The position numbers and the translations under genes are program-made. A stretch of 64,000 bases of DNA, from NCBI GenBank assembly GCA_001782075.1, contig MFNO01000016.1, positions 5,600 to 69,599 on the forward strand, written 5' to 3'. Positions 18,401 to 31,991 of the stretch are shown here, piece after piece. Numbering within the stretch: the stretch's first letter is position 1; every line of letters begins with the position of its first letter. Source of the stretch: Candidatus Levybacteria bacterium RIFCSPHIGHO2_01_FULL_38_26. GTDB taxonomy: Bacteria > Patescibacteriota > Microgenomatia > Levybacterales > UBA12049. A model generated the notes under the pieces. The model had not been told where the DNA came from. It did no database searches and was given only the letters and a program-made list of their open reading frames with translations.

Positions 18401-19419
18401 AAAATATCCTGAGCTCGTCGAAGGACAAAACAGAATGGGAGAATTTTCTCTCGCATCATCCCGAGACAAATTTTCTACAGTCTTGGTATTGGGGAGAATT
18501 TCACAAAAAAATAAAAAACGACATTCAAAGAACTGGATTTCATGAAAATAATAAACTTGTCGGAGTTATGTTGTCTATAGTTGAGGATGCGAAAAGGGGA
18601 CGATATCTGACAGTACCTGGAGGTCCAATTATTGATTGGAGAAATAATAATCTTATCTCTGCTTTTGATGATGAAGTAATAAAAATCGCAAAAGAAAAAA
18701 ATTGTGTTTTCGCAAGAATCCGTCCTCAACTTGAATCAAATGAACTCTCAAAAAATATTTTCAAAAAAACCGGCTTTATCAATGCCCCTATGCACCTTCA
18801 TGCCGAACTAACAACGCAACTAGATATTACAAAATCAGAAGATGAGCTTCTTAAAAACATGAGGAAAACGACAAGGTATGAAATTAAAAAAGCAATCAAT
18901 CAAGAAATAAAAATAACAACTTCAAAGGATCCTGCGGCAATCAAGAAGTTTTATGAGCTTCAGATTGAGACGGCAAAAAGACAAAAATTTATTCCTTTCT
19001 CAAACGAGTTTTTATATGAACAATTCAAAACATTCGCAGAAAACAATCTTGCACTGTTGTATGAAGCGAGGCTTGAAAAAATATTACTTGCTCAAGCTTT
19101 TATTATTTTTTATGGTCAGGAAGCTGTTTACCATTACGGCGCGAGTACCGAGGAAGGAAGAAAGCATCCTGGGGCTTATTTAATACAATGGGAAGCGATC
19201 AAAGAGGCAAAAAAAAGAAAAATGAGCCGCTACAATTTTTGGGGAGTTGCACCTGTTGATGAGATAAAACACAGATTTTACGGCTTATCCCTTTTCAAGC
19301 GCGGATTCGGCGGAGAAGACATAGAGTATCTCCATGCCCAAGACCTAATCATAAACCGCCCAAAATACTTAATAAACTACGCAATCGAAAATATAAGAAA
19401 AAAAGTTAGAAACGTATAA
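18382..19419 (+). CDS. FemAB-family (aminoacyl-tRNA-dependent peptidyltransferase-like) protein
   Basis: 345 aa; N-terminal W..FL.SW.W motif and overall architecture of the FemAB/GNAT family; in cell-wall gene cluster. Confidence 0.55.
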   Translation: MAKITIKNILSSSKDKTEWENFLSHHPETNFLQSWYWGEFHKKIKNDIQRTGFHENNKLVGVMLSIVEDAKRGRYLTVPGGPIIDWRNNNLISAFDDEVIKIAKEKNCVFARIRPQLESNELSKNIFKKTGFINAPMHLHAELTTQLDITKSEDELLKNMRKTTRYEIKKAINQEIKITTSKDPAAIKKFYELQIETAKRQKFIPFSNEFLYEQFKTFAENNLALLYEARLEKILLAQAFIIFYGQEAVYHYGASTEEGRKHPGAYLIQWEAIKEAKKRKMSRYNFWGVAPVDEIKHRFYGLSLFKRGFGGEDIEYLHAQDLIINRPKYLINYAIENIRKKVRNV

Positions 19420-19591
19420 TTTTGTTTGACCATTAGCAGAAAAAAAGCAAGTTTTGGAGAAAATGACGATACCCTTAATATTCCAGGAATTATAAAACAG
19501 TTCTAAGCACAAAAGGTTAACACCAATACAAATACTATATAATAATATTGCAAAAAAAACTTGGATTTGATATAATACTATAGGTTGAAAT

Positions 19592-22063
19592 ATGGTCAAT
19601 CACGAAACCTTTAATCCAAGTTCAATTGAGGAAAATTCAGAATTATCAAAGCTTGAATCAAATCGAAGACAGGCTTTGGCTAGCCTTAAGAAAGTAAGCC
19701 TAAATCCCAAAGAAACATTCCTAAGAGAACATCAGATAAGCATGGTCCAATCCCTCATTGAACATCTTGAGAAAGGGGAGACTGCCGGTTATATGAGCGA
19801 GCCGACAGGTTCCGGAAAATCAGCCGTAATTGCAAAAATCGCGGAGGTCATGGGTCTTAAAACAATAATTCTTTCTCCAACTCAGCAGATTCTAAGACAA
19901 ACCAGAGATGACGCTAAAAAATTCACTCCGGATCTAAATCTCACAAATTATTACGCAAACGAAAAAGATTCATCTGGAAAAGTAATAAATACTACTTATC
20001 AATCTATTCCTACAGTAATTGAAAATGAAAACTTCAACTCCGAAGAAATTCAGCTTGTTATTTGCGATGAACTGCACACATCGCTCGGAGAACAAAGGCA
20101 CACTATTTTTAGAAATTTTCCAAATGCATTAAAAATAGGAATGACCGCAACGCCTGCATTTGATCAATTGGAAGAATACATGGAAAGGGGAATCGTTGAT
20201 GAAGACGAAGAATGGACAAAATTATACACCAACCTAATACACGAAATGAGTTTAGAAGAGGCAATGGAAAGAGGAATATTGATCAATCCCCTCAACGTAC
20301 ATCTGTTAAAAACCAACGTTACCGTATCAGATATCCAGGTGCAATCAAACGGCGAATATAGAGAAGCTGATGTCAGAAGATATTTCGCGACTAAATCAAG
20401 AAATGCGTTGGCAATTGGAATGATCGCGGGTGTTGATAAAATTCCAGCACAGTACAATATACCTGAAGATCAAAAAAGAGAACTTGAAGCAATCCACACG
20501 AAAATCTCAGGAAAAAAAACAGTCGTATTCGGAATCGACATCGATCACGCTGAACAGCTAGCGCAAGACTTGAGAGATGCCGAAGTAAATGCCACGGCAG
20601 TTCATGGAAAAACAAAAAATTCCGAAGATATTCTTAGAGATCATTCGAAGGGAAATACCCAAGTAGTTACGGGCGTTGACATGTTGGGAATCGGATGGAA
20701 TTCGCCGGAAACAGAGGTAGGTATATTTTTACGTCCCACTTATTCTGAAAAGAAAGCGGTACAACAGCTAGGAAGAATTATGCGCATTTCCCCCGATTCG
20801 GGCAAAGAAAACGCTTTTGCAATTCAATTAGTTGACCAATTTTCAAGAAGAGTAGACCGTCCGGTACTAATACCAGATATTTTTGATCCGGAATTCGTAA
20901 TGAAAGGAAACATTTCAAAATCAAGTACGACTCCAGGACAAAAAGAAAATGCTCAAGATAAAGCGGTGGTTTCTTTCTCAGGAATGGATATTGAATCCAT
21001 AGTTGAAGAGATACAAATTAAAAGCATGTTAAAAAGCCGCTTTTCTCAAGGCTCGATACAAGAAATTAGCAATCTTACAAACAAGCTTATTCAGGAAACC
21101 CACGAGCAATATCCCGACGCCACACTGTACGAATTGTTTAGGCTAGTAGTAGATCAGCTGCCCCAAAGGATTCCATCTGAAGCTCAGGAAAAATCATTTC
21201 AAGCAATTGCAGATCCCGATCCCAAAATAAAAGAACTTGGAAAAAACTCATTTTTACTCTTCAATATGAAAACTATACTTAGAGTAGTAGATTTATATTT
21301 CGATGAAGATTCAGATACCATTGACGATCGGGATGAATTGTTCTCAACCGCGACAGCAGCAGTCTTGGAAAAATTATCAAATATATCCGGCAAAACCCAG
21401 GTTTCTCAACAGGTTCACTCAATAGCAAGAAATGGATTGGTCAATTTTCTCTCAAAAAACGAGAATATGCCACCCGCGTGGATAAGACGCGGCAACCAAA
21501 CAAAAAAAACAATAAACGACCGTATAGATGAAACTCTCGGACCGCAAAATTATATAATGTCCGAAAAAGAGATTGGGGATCTGGCTGGATCCATAATAGA
21601 TGAGACGAGTGTAGGAAGGACAAACCTGGAAAAATACATAATTTTCAAAAATTCACTTAGAATAGAAAAACAAGCAAATAACGAAGATGCAACTTTCAAA
21701 GAATATTCTTCATCCGCCTTAGAAGAGGACTTAAAAAGAGCAATGGAAACACTCACGGATCGAGAGAGACGAGTTCTGGAATCGCGATTTGGGACAGAAG
21801 AGGGAAAATCACAAACTCTGGAAGACGTGGCGCGACAATTTGGCGTAACAAGAGAAAGAATAACACAAATAGAAAAAAAAGCCCTAAGAAAACTTCGCCA
21901 CCCGACAAGATCAAAACATATAATAGACCATATGGATGATGACTATATAGCAAGACCAATTAAGACAATTAAATCAGAAAGCTCGGCAAACAAAGCACCA
22001 TATCGTGATCCTGATTTAATCTCGGAACTTGTCAAAAAACAATCCCAAGAGCAGCGGCTTTAA
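19592..22063 (+). CDS. SF2 DExH helicase (res/XPB-like) fused to a C-terminal sigma-70 region 4 HTH domain
   Basis: Helicase motifs: [51 protein letters not shown]-terminus [51 protein letters not shown] is a near-canonical sigma-70 region 4.2. Confidence 0.8.
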   Translation: MVNHETFNPSSIEENSELSKLESNRRQALASLKKVSLNPKETFLREHQISMVQSLIEHLEKGETAGYMSEPTGSGKSAVIAKIAEVMGLKTIILSPTQQILRQTRDDAKKFTPDLNLTNYYANEKDSSGKVINTTYQSIPTVIENENFNSEEIQLVICDELHTSLGEQRHTIFRNFPNALKIGMTATPAFDQLEEYMERGIVDEDEEWTKLYTNLIHEMSLEEAMERGILINPLNVHLLKTNVTVSDIQVQSNGEYREADVRRYFATKSRNALAIGMIAGVDKIPAQYNIPEDQKRELEAIHTKISGKKTVVFGIDIDHAEQLAQDLRDAEVNATAVHGKTKNSEDILRDHSKGNTQVVTGVDMLGIGWNSPETEVGIFLRPTYSEKKAVQQLGRIMRISPDSGKENAFAIQLVDQFSRRVDRPVLIPDIFDPEFVMKGNISKSSTTPGQKENAQDKAVVSFSGMDIESIVEEIQIKSMLKSRFSQGSIQEISNLTNKLIQETHEQYPDATLYELFRLVVDQLPQRIPSEAQEKSFQAIADPDPKIKELGKNSFLLFNMKTILRVVDLYFDEDSDTIDDRDELFSTATAAVLEKLSNISGKTQVSQQVHSIARNGLVNFLSKNENMPPAWIRRGNQTKKTINDRIDETLGPQNYIMSEKEIGDLAGSIIDETSVGRTNLEKYIIFKNSLRIEKQANNEDATFKEYSSSALEEDLKRAMETLTDRERRVLESRFGTEEGKSQTLEDVARQFGVTRERITQIEKKALRKLRHPTRSKHIIDHMDDDYIARPIKTIKSESSANKAPYRDPDLISELVKKQSQEQRL

Positions 22064-22097
22064 CACTAGAAACCCTCTGGTTTTTCTGCTAGAATAG

Positions 22098-24065
<1,968 letters not shown>

Positions 24066-24215
24066 CAGAAATATCATTCTAAGAGAAGCCAGGCCTGACT
24101 TGGTGAAGCGAAGAATCTAGGCCTATTTATCTAAACCTCAAGAAAATTCCTAAATCTACATTATATCCTATAATATTTGCTTGGCTTGTCTTTTTATGGT
24201 ATAGTATGCGCCACT

Positions 24216-24728
24216 ATGACAGAACGAGAACAACCAAACGAACCGCGAAGAGGAGTGGCCCCATTTTTAGCCGGGATTGAAAGAGAAGAAAACCAAGAGG
24301 CAAAATTACAGTCAATATTTAGTGCAAGAATTCCTTTCGGCTCACTTGGGGATTTAAGAATAGAGCTTAATCGGCCAACTGATGAAGAATCTCTTGTTGA
24401 TCAGACGCTTGAAGAAGATCAAGCATATACAATTAACCTGGATGGAACAATAGAAAGAGGGAATCTCAGGGATTTTTTCAGACGAGGGTATTTCACGGTA
24501 AGAGTGGACATAGAGCCGATCGAAACTGAAATAGCTCAGGATTTAAATGTAAGCCTCTGGATTAACAACACCGATTCAATTTTTAGCACTGAATTAACTA
24601 TCGAAGCAGAGTTTATCGATGCTTTCTTCTATGAATATGACCGGGAAAAAGGAATATCTGAACAGTTGGTTCTACCAGACAATCCGGAAATTTTAAATGC
24701 TGTGAGAATCAGCGTCAGCAGCGCCTAA
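24216..24728 (+). CDS. hypothetical protein, paralog A of an unknown family
   Basis: Shares with the next ORF conserved blocks G[VI]APF, PxGSLG, LRDxxxxGY, LW, LVLPxNPxxLxxVRIxVS. ATG at 24216 preceded by tatagtat -10-like box. Confidence 0.5.
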   Translation: MTEREQPNEPRRGVAPFLAGIEREENQEAKLQSIFSARIPFGSLGDLRIELNRPTDEESLVDQTLEEDQAYTINLDGTIERGNLRDFFRRGYFTVRVDIEPIETEIAQDLNVSLWINNTDSIFSTELTIEAEFIDAFFYEYDREKGISEQLVLPDNPEILNAVRISVSSA

Positions 24729-24774
24729 CATCCTTGACCAAAAGCCTCATTTCGTGCTATAATTTAACTCGAAT

Positions 24775-25305
24775 ATGAAACACGAACTGTATCAAACACC
24801 ATCAAATTTGGTAATTGAAAGAGGAATCGCTCCTTTTGAAAAAGGTATTCCAGAATCAAGAGAGACAAATAAATACAGTTTCATAAAAAGTAGCCCAATA
24901 CCCGTAGGATCGTTAGGAGAAATATCTATGGAACTCATGAAGCCAAAAACAGAAGAGGAACTGTTTGTTTCTACTCTTGAGACAGAAAAAGCTTTTTCTT
25001 TTCTTCGCTCAGGGGAAATATTTATAGGATACCTTCGCGATCTTTTAAATAAAGGTTATTATCAAACAGGAGTGGTTATAGAGCATCCTTTAGAAGAGAC
25101 TTTAATCGAGGAACGCGGAGAAAAATTAAATGCACATCTTTGGAATTTACACGGAAATCAAGTCATCACTTCTCCTTTAGAAAGTGTAGACAAAGACAGA
25201 GCTGTATTTTTTCTACAAAATCCTAATAATACTCTTATAGAGCTTGTGTTGCCAAACGATCCAAAAGTATTAAAAGACGTAAGAATCAACGTAAGCAACA
25301 ATTAG
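24775..25305 (+). CDS. hypothetical protein, paralog B of the same unknown family
   Basis: ~30% identity to paralog A across the whole length; tataat box 11 nt upstream of the ATG. Confidence 0.5.
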   Translation: MKHELYQTPSNLVIERGIAPFEKGIPESRETNKYSFIKSSPIPVGSLGEISMELMKPKTEEELFVSTLETEKAFSFLRSGEIFIGYLRDLLNKGYYQTGVVIEHPLEETLIEERGEKLNAHLWNLHGNQVITSPLESVDKDRAVFFLQNPNNTLIELVLPNDPKVLKDVRINVSNN

Positions 25306-25370
25306 AGACCATTCAAGGCAAAACTCTGCTTGATTAGTTGCGTAAATTTCCCTATAATATATCTTGCTTT

Positions 25371-27401
25371 ATGGATTTATCTTTTGTAGCAGGCAACGCT
25401 CTAATGCTTAGCGTTGGTGCAGGAATTTTGTCTATTATCTTCAGCATTTTCCTGACATTAAAAGTATTATCAAACCCCCGCGGCGACAAAAAAATGAATG
25501 AGATCGCGGATGCAATCCAGGAAGGTGCAACAGCGTATCTTAAAAGACAATACACGGTGGTTGCTATAATCGGAGCTATAATTTTTGTTGCGCTTTTACT
25601 TTTTCTTGGAACTTTGACCGCAATCGGATTTGCCATTGGCGCAATCTTCTCCGCGGTCGCGGGCATAATCGGAATGAATGTTGCCGTCAGAAGCAATATT
25701 CGTACTGCTCAGGCGGCAAAAAAAGGTCTATCATCTGCTTTTTCTCTTGCGTTTCAAGGAGGAGCAGTAACAGGACTTATCGTTGCGGGACTTGCCCTTT
25801 TTTCCGTAAGTGGACTATATCTTGTGCTAAACAATCTTCAAATGGAAAGCCTTCAGCCATTGATCGCTCTTGGTTTTGGAGGATCGCTTATTTCTGTTTT
25901 TGCAAGACTGGGCGGGGGAATATTCACCAAAAGCGCTGACGTTGGTACGGATATGGTAGGCAAAATCGAAAAAGGGATTCCAGAGGATGATCCCAGAAAT
26001 CCAGGTGTAATAGCGGATTTGGTAGGAGACAATGTTGGCGATGATGCTGGAATGGCAGCGGATTTGTTTGAGACATATGTAATTACCCTTGTTGCTGCTA
26101 TGATCTTAGGAAACCTTATATTTGGGAATACATCTTCTGTTTTGCTTTATCCTCTATTAATAGGCGCGGTATCTATAGTAGCCTCCATTGTTGGAGCTTT
26201 TTTCGTTCGCTTAAGCGGCAAAAGCATTATGACTGCGTTATATCAAGGACTGGCCGTCTCAATAATAATAGCGGTTGGCTCTTTTTACTTTATAACTACA
26301 GCACTGTTTCCACAAGGATTAAATGAAATCTCTAGCTTAAGTCTTTATTATGCGTCTATTGTCGGACTGATAATCACCATCGGCATGGTGGTTATTACGG
26401 AATATTTTACTTCCAAAAAATTCTCTCCTGTTAAAACCATAGCAAATGCCTCTACAACAGGCCACGGCACCAATGTTATCGCCGGTCTTGCCGTGTCGAT
26501 GAAATCAACTCTTGCTCCGATTCTTTTGATATCGGCAGGAATTTTGGTCGCTTATAATCTAGCAGGTCTCTATGGAGTCGCGATTGCCGCAACCAGCATG
26601 CTTTCCTTAACAGGAATTATTGTTGCTATTGACGCCTTTGGACCAATCACCGACAATGCAGGAGGAATCGCCGAGATGGCGGGACTAGATAAAAAAGTCA
26701 GAGACGTTACTGATCCTTTGGACGCAGTTGGGAATACCACAAAAGCAGTAACTAAAGCCTATGCAATAGGCTCTGCAGGGCTTGCGGCTCTGGTACTTTT
26801 CGCAAGCTATACTCAAGAACTAAATGCAGGCAGAACTGTACCACTTGAGTTTTCCCTTTCTGATCCAAGTGTAATAGTCGGCTTGTTTATTGGCGGAGCA
26901 CTGCCATATTTCTTCGGTGCTTTGGCAATGGAAGCAGTAGGGAAGGCAAGCGTTGCGGTGGTCAATGAAGTAAGACGACAATTTAGAGAGATCAAAGGCC
27001 TTATGAAAGGTACGGCAAAACCGCAGTATGCTAGGGCCGTTGACATTGTAACTAGAGCTTCTATAAAAGAGATGATTGTTCCAGCTCTTATTCCGGTTGT
27101 TACTCCGGTACTGGTCGGTATTTTCTTAGGTCCTGTAGCGCTTGGGGGATTATTGGTCGGAAGTATTATTACCGGTCTTTTTGTAGCAATCTCTATGACC
27201 ACAGGCGGTGCCGCATGGGATAACACAAAAAAATATATTGAGGAGGGAAATTTGGGCGGAAAGGGCAGTTTTGCGCACCAGGCAGCTGTAACAGGCGACA
27301 CGGTAGGCGATCCATACAAAGACACTGCGGGGCCTGCGATTAACCCGATGATAAAAGTATTAAATATAGTGGCACTTTTGATTGCCTCGTTTATTGTGTA
27401 A
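25371..27401 (+). CDS. hppA: membrane-bound proton-translocating pyrophosphatase (H+-PPase)
   Basis: Signature [24 protein letters not shown], ~16 TM helices. ATG at 25371 preferred over the tracked TTG at 25338 because a tataat box (25353-25358) lies between. Confidence 0.9.
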   Translation: MDLSFVAGNALMLSVGAGILSIIFSIFLTLKVLSNPRGDKKMNEIADAIQEGATAYLKRQYTVVAIIGAIIFVALLLFLGTLTAIGFAIGAIFSAVAGIIGMNVAVRSNIRTAQAAKKGLSSAFSLAFQGGAVTGLIVAGLALFSVSGLYLVLNNLQMESLQPLIALGFGGSLISVFARLGGGIFTKSADVGTDMVGKIEKGIPEDDPRNPGVIADLVGDNVGDDAGMAADLFETYVITLVAAMILGNLIFGNTSSVLLYPLLIGAVSIVASIVGAFFVRLSGKSIMTALYQGLAVSIIIAVGSFYFITTALFPQGLNEISSLSLYYASIVGLIITIGMVVITEYFTSKKFSPVKTIANASTTGHGTNVIAGLAVSMKSTLAPILLISAGILVAYNLAGLYGVAIAATSMLSLTGIIVAIDAFGPITDNAGGIAEMAGLDKKVRDVTDPLDAVGNTTKAVTKAYAIGSAGLAALVLFASYTQELNAGRTVPLEFSLSDPSVIVGLFIGGALPYFFGALAMEAVGKASVAVVNEVRRQFREIKGLMKGTAKPQYARAVDIVTRASIKEMIVPALIPVVTPVLVGIFLGPVALGGLLVGSIITGLFVAISMTTGGAAWDNTKKYIEEGNLGGKGSFAHQAAVTGDTVGDPYKDTAGPAINPMIKVLNIVALLIASFIV

Positions 27402-27508
27402 GAAGTGTCCCATTTTTATCCTTCGAGTGAGAATCCGCCACTGGCGGAGACGAATCGAGAAGTTTTCAACCGAATAGCTCTCGACTTCGCTCGAACAATA
27501 ATTAGATT

Positions 27509-30031
27509 ATGACTGATATAGGAAGGTTACAACAAACAGAAATAACCTCGGAGATGAAACGCGCGTACTTGGACTACGCTATGTCTGTTATTGTATCAAG
27601 GGCGCTTCCTGATGTAAAAGACGGATTAAAGCCGGTTCACCGAAGAATATTATATGCCATGCACGAGATGGGCTTGACGCACTCCGCAAAATACTCAAAA
27701 TCGGCAAAAATAGTTGGAGAAGTAATGGGAAAATATCATCCCCATGGTGATTTGCCAATTTATGACGCGCTAGTAAGGCTTGCACAGAATTTCTCCATGC
27801 GTTATCCATTAATTGACGGCCAGGGAAACTTCGGCTCTATGGATGGAGACCCGCCGGCGGCAATGAGGTATACGGAAGCCCGTATGGCAGCCATCGCCTC
27901 CGAGGTGCTGTTTGATTTGGAAAAAGAAACAGTTGACTTCGTGCCCAATTTCGACGCAAGTCTAAAAGAACCAGTATTCCTGCCTGCAAAATTGCCGAAT
28001 CTGCTGCTTATGGGCTCCGAAGGAATAGCAGTGGGCATGGCAACCAAAATCCCGCCGCATAACCTCGGAGAAATAGTAGATGCGATTGTGTATATGATAA
28101 GTAAAACTACCTTTGCAAAAGAGCCAAGGGGGTCAAAAGAGACAAAGGAACCAAATATAGAAATAGCTTCGTTTGTCTCCCCTGTCTCATTGACAACATC
28201 AGTAACAGTCGACGAGCTCCTGCAATTCATCAAGGGTCCTGACTTCCCAACAGCTGGCGCTATATACGACATTAATGAAATAAAAAATGTTTATACAACC
28301 GGTAGAGGAAGAATAATCATAAGAGGAAAAGCAGATATTGAAGATATTGGAAATGGAAAATCAGCAATTATCATTACAGAGCTTCCATATCAAGTAAACA
28401 AAGCTCTACTTGTTGCAAGAATAGCAGATCTTGCACGAGAGAAGAAAGTAGAGGGAATATCTGATCTTCGCGACGAGTCGGACAGACACGGAACAAGAAT
28501 AGTTGTTGAACTAAAAAGAGACAGCATGCCCAAAAAAGTACTCAACAATCTGTTTAAACACACAAGTCTTCAGACTATCTTTCCTGTCAATGTTGTAGCT
28601 CTTGTTGATGGAACACCTCAGACTCTAAATCTCAAAACCATTCTTGAAGAGTATTTAAAACACCGCTACCTTGTAGTCACCAGACGATCTGTATTTGAGT
28701 TAAAACAAGCAAAAGCAAGACTTCACATCCTGGAGGGACTAAAGATAGCAGTTGACAACATAGATGCGGTAATAAGAACAATTAGAGCATCCAAAACACA
28801 AGAGGAAGCCAAGCAAAATTTAATAGAGAAATTTAAGCTAAGTGAAATCCAAGCAACGGCGATTCTTGATATGCAGCTAAGACGTCTAGCAGCGCTTGAG
28901 AGACAAAAAATTGAAGACGAGTACGAAATGATCAAAGAAACAATTGCATACCTTGAAGACCTTCTCTCCCATTCAGAAAAAATATTAACTGTCATAAAAG
29001 ACGAGCTTGTAAGTCTCAGGAAGAAGTATCAGGATGCGAGACGCACTAGGGTATTCAAAAGCAAAGTCGGAGAGTTTTCAGAGGAAGACCTTATTCCAAA
29101 TGAACCAACAGTGATAACCTTGACCAATACTGGATATATAAAACGCCAGAGTCTTAATAGTTTTCGAGTTCAGCAGCGAGGGGGCAAGGGAGTAAAAGGC
29201 ATGACCACCAAAGAAGAAGACGGAATTTTAAGTATCCGCTATGCCGAAACCCACGACAACATACTATTCTTTACAAATCGGGGAAAGGTGTATCAGCTCA
29301 GAGCTTATGAAATATCAGAAAGCAGCAGAACCAGCAAAGGTACCGCTGTTGTAAACTTGATTAATATAGAACAAGGAGAAAGAATCGAATCATTTATCAA
29401 TTACAAACCCAATGATAATCATGGGTATGTATTTCTGACTACTAAAAACGGTACTGTCAAAAAAACAAGCTTAAAGGAATTTGAAAATATAAGAAGAAAC
29501 GGAATTATTGCCATAAAACTTGAAAAAGGCGATGAGCTGGTGTGGAGCAATCTCACCAAAGGAAAAGAAGATATCATCCTGACTACCCGCGAAGGCAAAG
29601 CAATAAGATTCTCTGAAATTGGTGTAAGGCCTCTTGGCAGAAGCACCATGGGAGTCAGGGGGATAAAACTTGGCAGCGGCGATGAGGTGATTAGCCAGGA
29701 TGTAATAGACAAAGAAGACAAGCCGGATGTACTCGCGATTATGGAAAATGGGCTTGGCAAAAAAACTTCTGCAAAATCCTTTCGAGGTCAGAGTAGGGGA
29801 GGAGTAGGAGTAAAAATAGCAAAGGTGAATCCAAAGACAGGAAAAGTCGCTTTCGCGGCAGTAATATCTCCAAATTGCAAAGAGATAATAATTACTTCAA
29901 ATAGAGGGCAGGTGGTAAAAATACCAATTGCTCAAATTCCAAGACTCTCAAGAGACACCCAAGGCATCATCCTCATGCGATTTTCTAAATCAACCGACAA
30001 AATAACATCCGCAACTTGTGTGGAGGAGTAA
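27509..30031 (+). CDS. gyrA: DNA gyrase subunit A
   Basis: [28 protein letters not shown] (active-site Tyr region), GyrA box-like QRRGGKG, C-terminal beta-pinwheel repeats. Confidence 0.95.
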   Translation: MTDIGRLQQTEITSEMKRAYLDYAMSVIVSRALPDVKDGLKPVHRRILYAMHEMGLTHSAKYSKSAKIVGEVMGKYHPHGDLPIYDALVRLAQNFSMRYPLIDGQGNFGSMDGDPPAAMRYTEARMAAIASEVLFDLEKETVDFVPNFDASLKEPVFLPAKLPNLLLMGSEGIAVGMATKIPPHNLGEIVDAIVYMISKTTFAKEPRGSKETKEPNIEIASFVSPVSLTTSVTVDELLQFIKGPDFPTAGAIYDINEIKNVYTTGRGRIIIRGKADIEDIGNGKSAIIITELPYQVNKALLVARIADLAREKKVEGISDLRDESDRHGTRIVVELKRDSMPKKVLNNLFKHTSLQTIFPVNVVALVDGTPQTLNLKTILEEYLKHRYLVVTRRSVFELKQAKARLHILEGLKIAVDNIDAVIRTIRASKTQEEAKQNLIEKFKLSEIQATAILDMQLRRLAALERQKIEDEYEMIKETIAYLEDLLSHSEKILTVIKDELVSLRKKYQDARRTRVFKSKVGEFSEEDLIPNEPTVITLTNTGYIKRQSLNSFRVQQRGGKGVKGMTTKEEDGILSIRYAETHDNILFFTNRGKVYQLRAYEISESSRTSKGTAVVNLINIEQGERIESFINYKPNDNHGYVFLTTKNGTVKKTSLKEFENIRRNGIIAIKLEKGDELVWSNLTKGKEDIILTTREGKAIRFSEIGVRPLGRSTMGVRGIKLGSGDEVISQDVIDKEDKPDVLAIMENGLGKKTSAKSFRGQSRGGVGVKIAKVNPKTGKVAFAAVISPNCKEIIITSNRGQVVKIPIAQIPRLSRDTQGIILMRFSKSTDKITSATCVEE

Positions 30032-30882
30032 TGAAGATTGATGGAGCGGGAATCGCAAACACAATTCTCGAAGAGCTTAAAGTAAAAGTAAATAATCTTG
30101 GAAATAAAAATATCATTCCTCATCTTGCTGTAATTTTAGTTGGCAACGAACCTTCATCTGTTTCATATGTAACCCAAAAAGAAATAAGGGGGGAAAGTAT
30201 TGGCGTAAAAGTTTCTGTTAAAAACATTTCAACAAATATAATACAGACAAGACTTTTAGAAACAATTGACAGCTTGAATAGCGATCGAAATGTTCATGGA
30301 ATAATAGTCCAACGACCCCTTCCTCAAAGCATTGATCCAAACGCAATATCTCTGGCAATCAACCCAGAAAAAGACGTCGACGGTTTTCATCCAGAATCTA
30401 AATTTCAACCTCCGATTGCTTTGGCAGTTTTAAATATATTAGAAAAAATTTATGATTTTAGCTCTAACGCCGACGAACATAATTTCAGCGGTTGGCTTGC
30501 TTCCAAGAAAATTGCTATAGTTGGCAAAGGAGAAACAGGCGGAAAACCAATAGCTGATACATTTGGAAAAATGGATATTAAGCCAGAAATAGTAGACAGC
30601 AAAACACCAAATTCTCAAAACCTCACAACAAAAGCCGACATAATTATCTCCGCAGTTGGCAAAGCAAATACTATAAAGCATGATACGATAAAGAGTGGAG
30701 CAATGCTAATTAGTGTTGGACTACATAAAGGAGAAGATGGAAAACTTCACGGAGACTATGACGAAGAGAAAATTAAAAATGTGGCTTCATTTTACACCCC
30801 AACCCCAGGCGGAGTTGGTCCTGTGAACGTCGCGATGTTATTAAAAAACCTTGTCAAAGCTGCAGAAATCTCCATGTCCTAG
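30031..30882 (+). CDS. folD: bifunctional methylenetetrahydrofolate dehydrogenase/cyclohydrolase
   Basis: VGNEPSSVSYV, IVGKGETGGKPIA, TPTPGGVGPVNVAMLLKN match FolD. GGAGGA SD; ATG overlaps gyrA stop (TAATG). Confidence 0.85.
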   Translation: MKIDGAGIANTILEELKVKVNNLGNKNIIPHLAVILVGNEPSSVSYVTQKEIRGESIGVKVSVKNISTNIIQTRLLETIDSLNSDRNVHGIIVQRPLPQSIDPNAISLAINPEKDVDGFHPESKFQPPIALAVLNILEKIYDFSSNADEHNFSGWLASKKIAIVGKGETGGKPIADTFGKMDIKPEIVDSKTPNSQNLTTKADIIISAVGKANTIKHDTIKSGAMLISVGLHKGEDGKLHGDYDEEKIKNVASFYTPTPGGVGPVNVAMLLKNLVKAAEISMS

Positions 30883-30930
30883 GATGCAGCCTCCCTTTCA
30901 CCCCTAGGGTGTACTCAAATTTTTTAGTTG

Positions 30931-30959
30931 TTGACCAAATGGGGGTTTTCTGTTAAAGT
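30931..30959 (+). promoter_or_regulatory. candidate sigma-70-type promoter (TTGACC-N17-TAAAGT) for the pyr operon
   Basis: Hexamers read directly; the predicted transcription start falls at the foot of the hairpin 30966-30984. Confidence 0.35.
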
Positions 30960-30965
30960 AAAGTC

Positions 30966-30991
30966 CCAGAGGCAAAAACTCTGGTTTTTTT
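30966..30991 (+). terminator. intrinsic terminator / possible pyr attenuator hairpin (ccagag-gcaaaaa-ctctgg + T7)
   Basis: Perfect 6-bp stem, 7-nt loop, 7 consecutive T ending 1 nt before the pyrB ATG (30992). Lies 84 nt after the folD stop. Confidence 0.6.
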
Positions 30992-31972
30992 ATGCATTCG
31001 ACAAACTCAGCATACAAGCGTTTTGATAAAATAAACGGAAATTTTAAAGGAAAAGACATTGTTTCACTTGACCAATTTTCTCAAAAAGACATAAAAATAT
31101 TATTTGACGAAGTTCCGAAGATGCGCGAAATCGCCCTCAACGCACGGCCTTCCAAAATAATTGAAGGAAAAATAGTAGTTCTACTATTCTACGAACCATC
31201 AAGCCGCACATTCGGATCCTTCTCAACAGCAGTAAAACAAATCGGAGGTCAAACGGTTGAAATTCTAAACCCCCAAGATTTCTCTTCTATCGTCAAAGGC
31301 GAGACTTTCGAAGACACAATTAGAGTGTTTGAAGCCTACTCAGACGCAATAATCCTGAGGCACCCCCAGGTCGGCTCTGCATCAAAAGCTGCCCAAATCG
31401 CAAAACTTGTACCAGTCATAAATGCTGGTGATGGAGTAGGAGAACATCCTACCCAAACACTTCTTGACCTATATACTATTTATGAAAAATTTGGGAGACT
31501 TGATAATCTCACTGTACTTTTTGCAGGCGATATGTTAAATGGCAGAACTGTGCATTCTCTTATAAAAGGACTTGCTTTATATCCCAAGAATACTTTATAC
31601 CTGCTTTCTTTGCCCAGTTTAAAACTATCAAGAAAAGAATATTCGAACTTTCTAAATCTTGGAATAAAATTGGTGGAATTAGAAAGCGTTAATGACATTC
31701 CCAAAAACGCCGATGTTTGGTATTGGACAAGGATTCAAAAGGAACGATTCAAAAGCATAAAAGACTATGAAAAAACAAGCAACAAATTCGTTGTAAACCA
31801 AGAGTTTTTAGATACTTACGCGAGCAAAAACACAATACTAATGCATCCGCTGCCCAGAGTGGGGGAAATAACACCCAAGGTCGATGATGATCCACGGGCA
31901 GTATATCTTAAAAGTCAAATTAGAAATGGAACATATGTAAGGATGGCTCTTTTGACCAAGGTTTTAGAATAA
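30992..31972 (+). CDS. pyrB: aspartate carbamoyltransferase catalytic subunit
   Basis: STRTFGSF (STRT carbamoyl-P site), HPTQTLLD, HPLPR motif near C-terminus (ATCase rather than OTCase). Confidence 0.9.
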   Translation: MHSTNSAYKRFDKINGNFKGKDIVSLDQFSQKDIKILFDEVPKMREIALNARPSKIIEGKIVVLLFYEPSSRTFGSFSTAVKQIGGQTVEILNPQDFSSIVKGETFEDTIRVFEAYSDAIILRHPQVGSASKAAQIAKLVPVINAGDGVGEHPTQTLLDLYTIYEKFGRLDNLTVLFAGDMLNGRTVHSLIKGLALYPKNTLYLLSLPSLKLSRKEYSNFLNLGIKLVELESVNDIPKNADVWYWTRIQKERFKSIKDYEKTSNKFVVNQEFLDTYASKNTILMHPLPRVGEITPKVDDDPRAVYLKSQIRNGTYVRMALLTKVLE

Positions 31973-31991
31973 CAAATTGTGACAAAAAAAG

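Noticed and set aside
27402-27508. Short hairpins (ccgcc-act-ggcgg; tcgaga...tctcga) in the gyrA leader
   Set aside because: Stems are only 5-6 bp and unconserved as far as I can judge; they could be chance. Noted only as possible leader structure.
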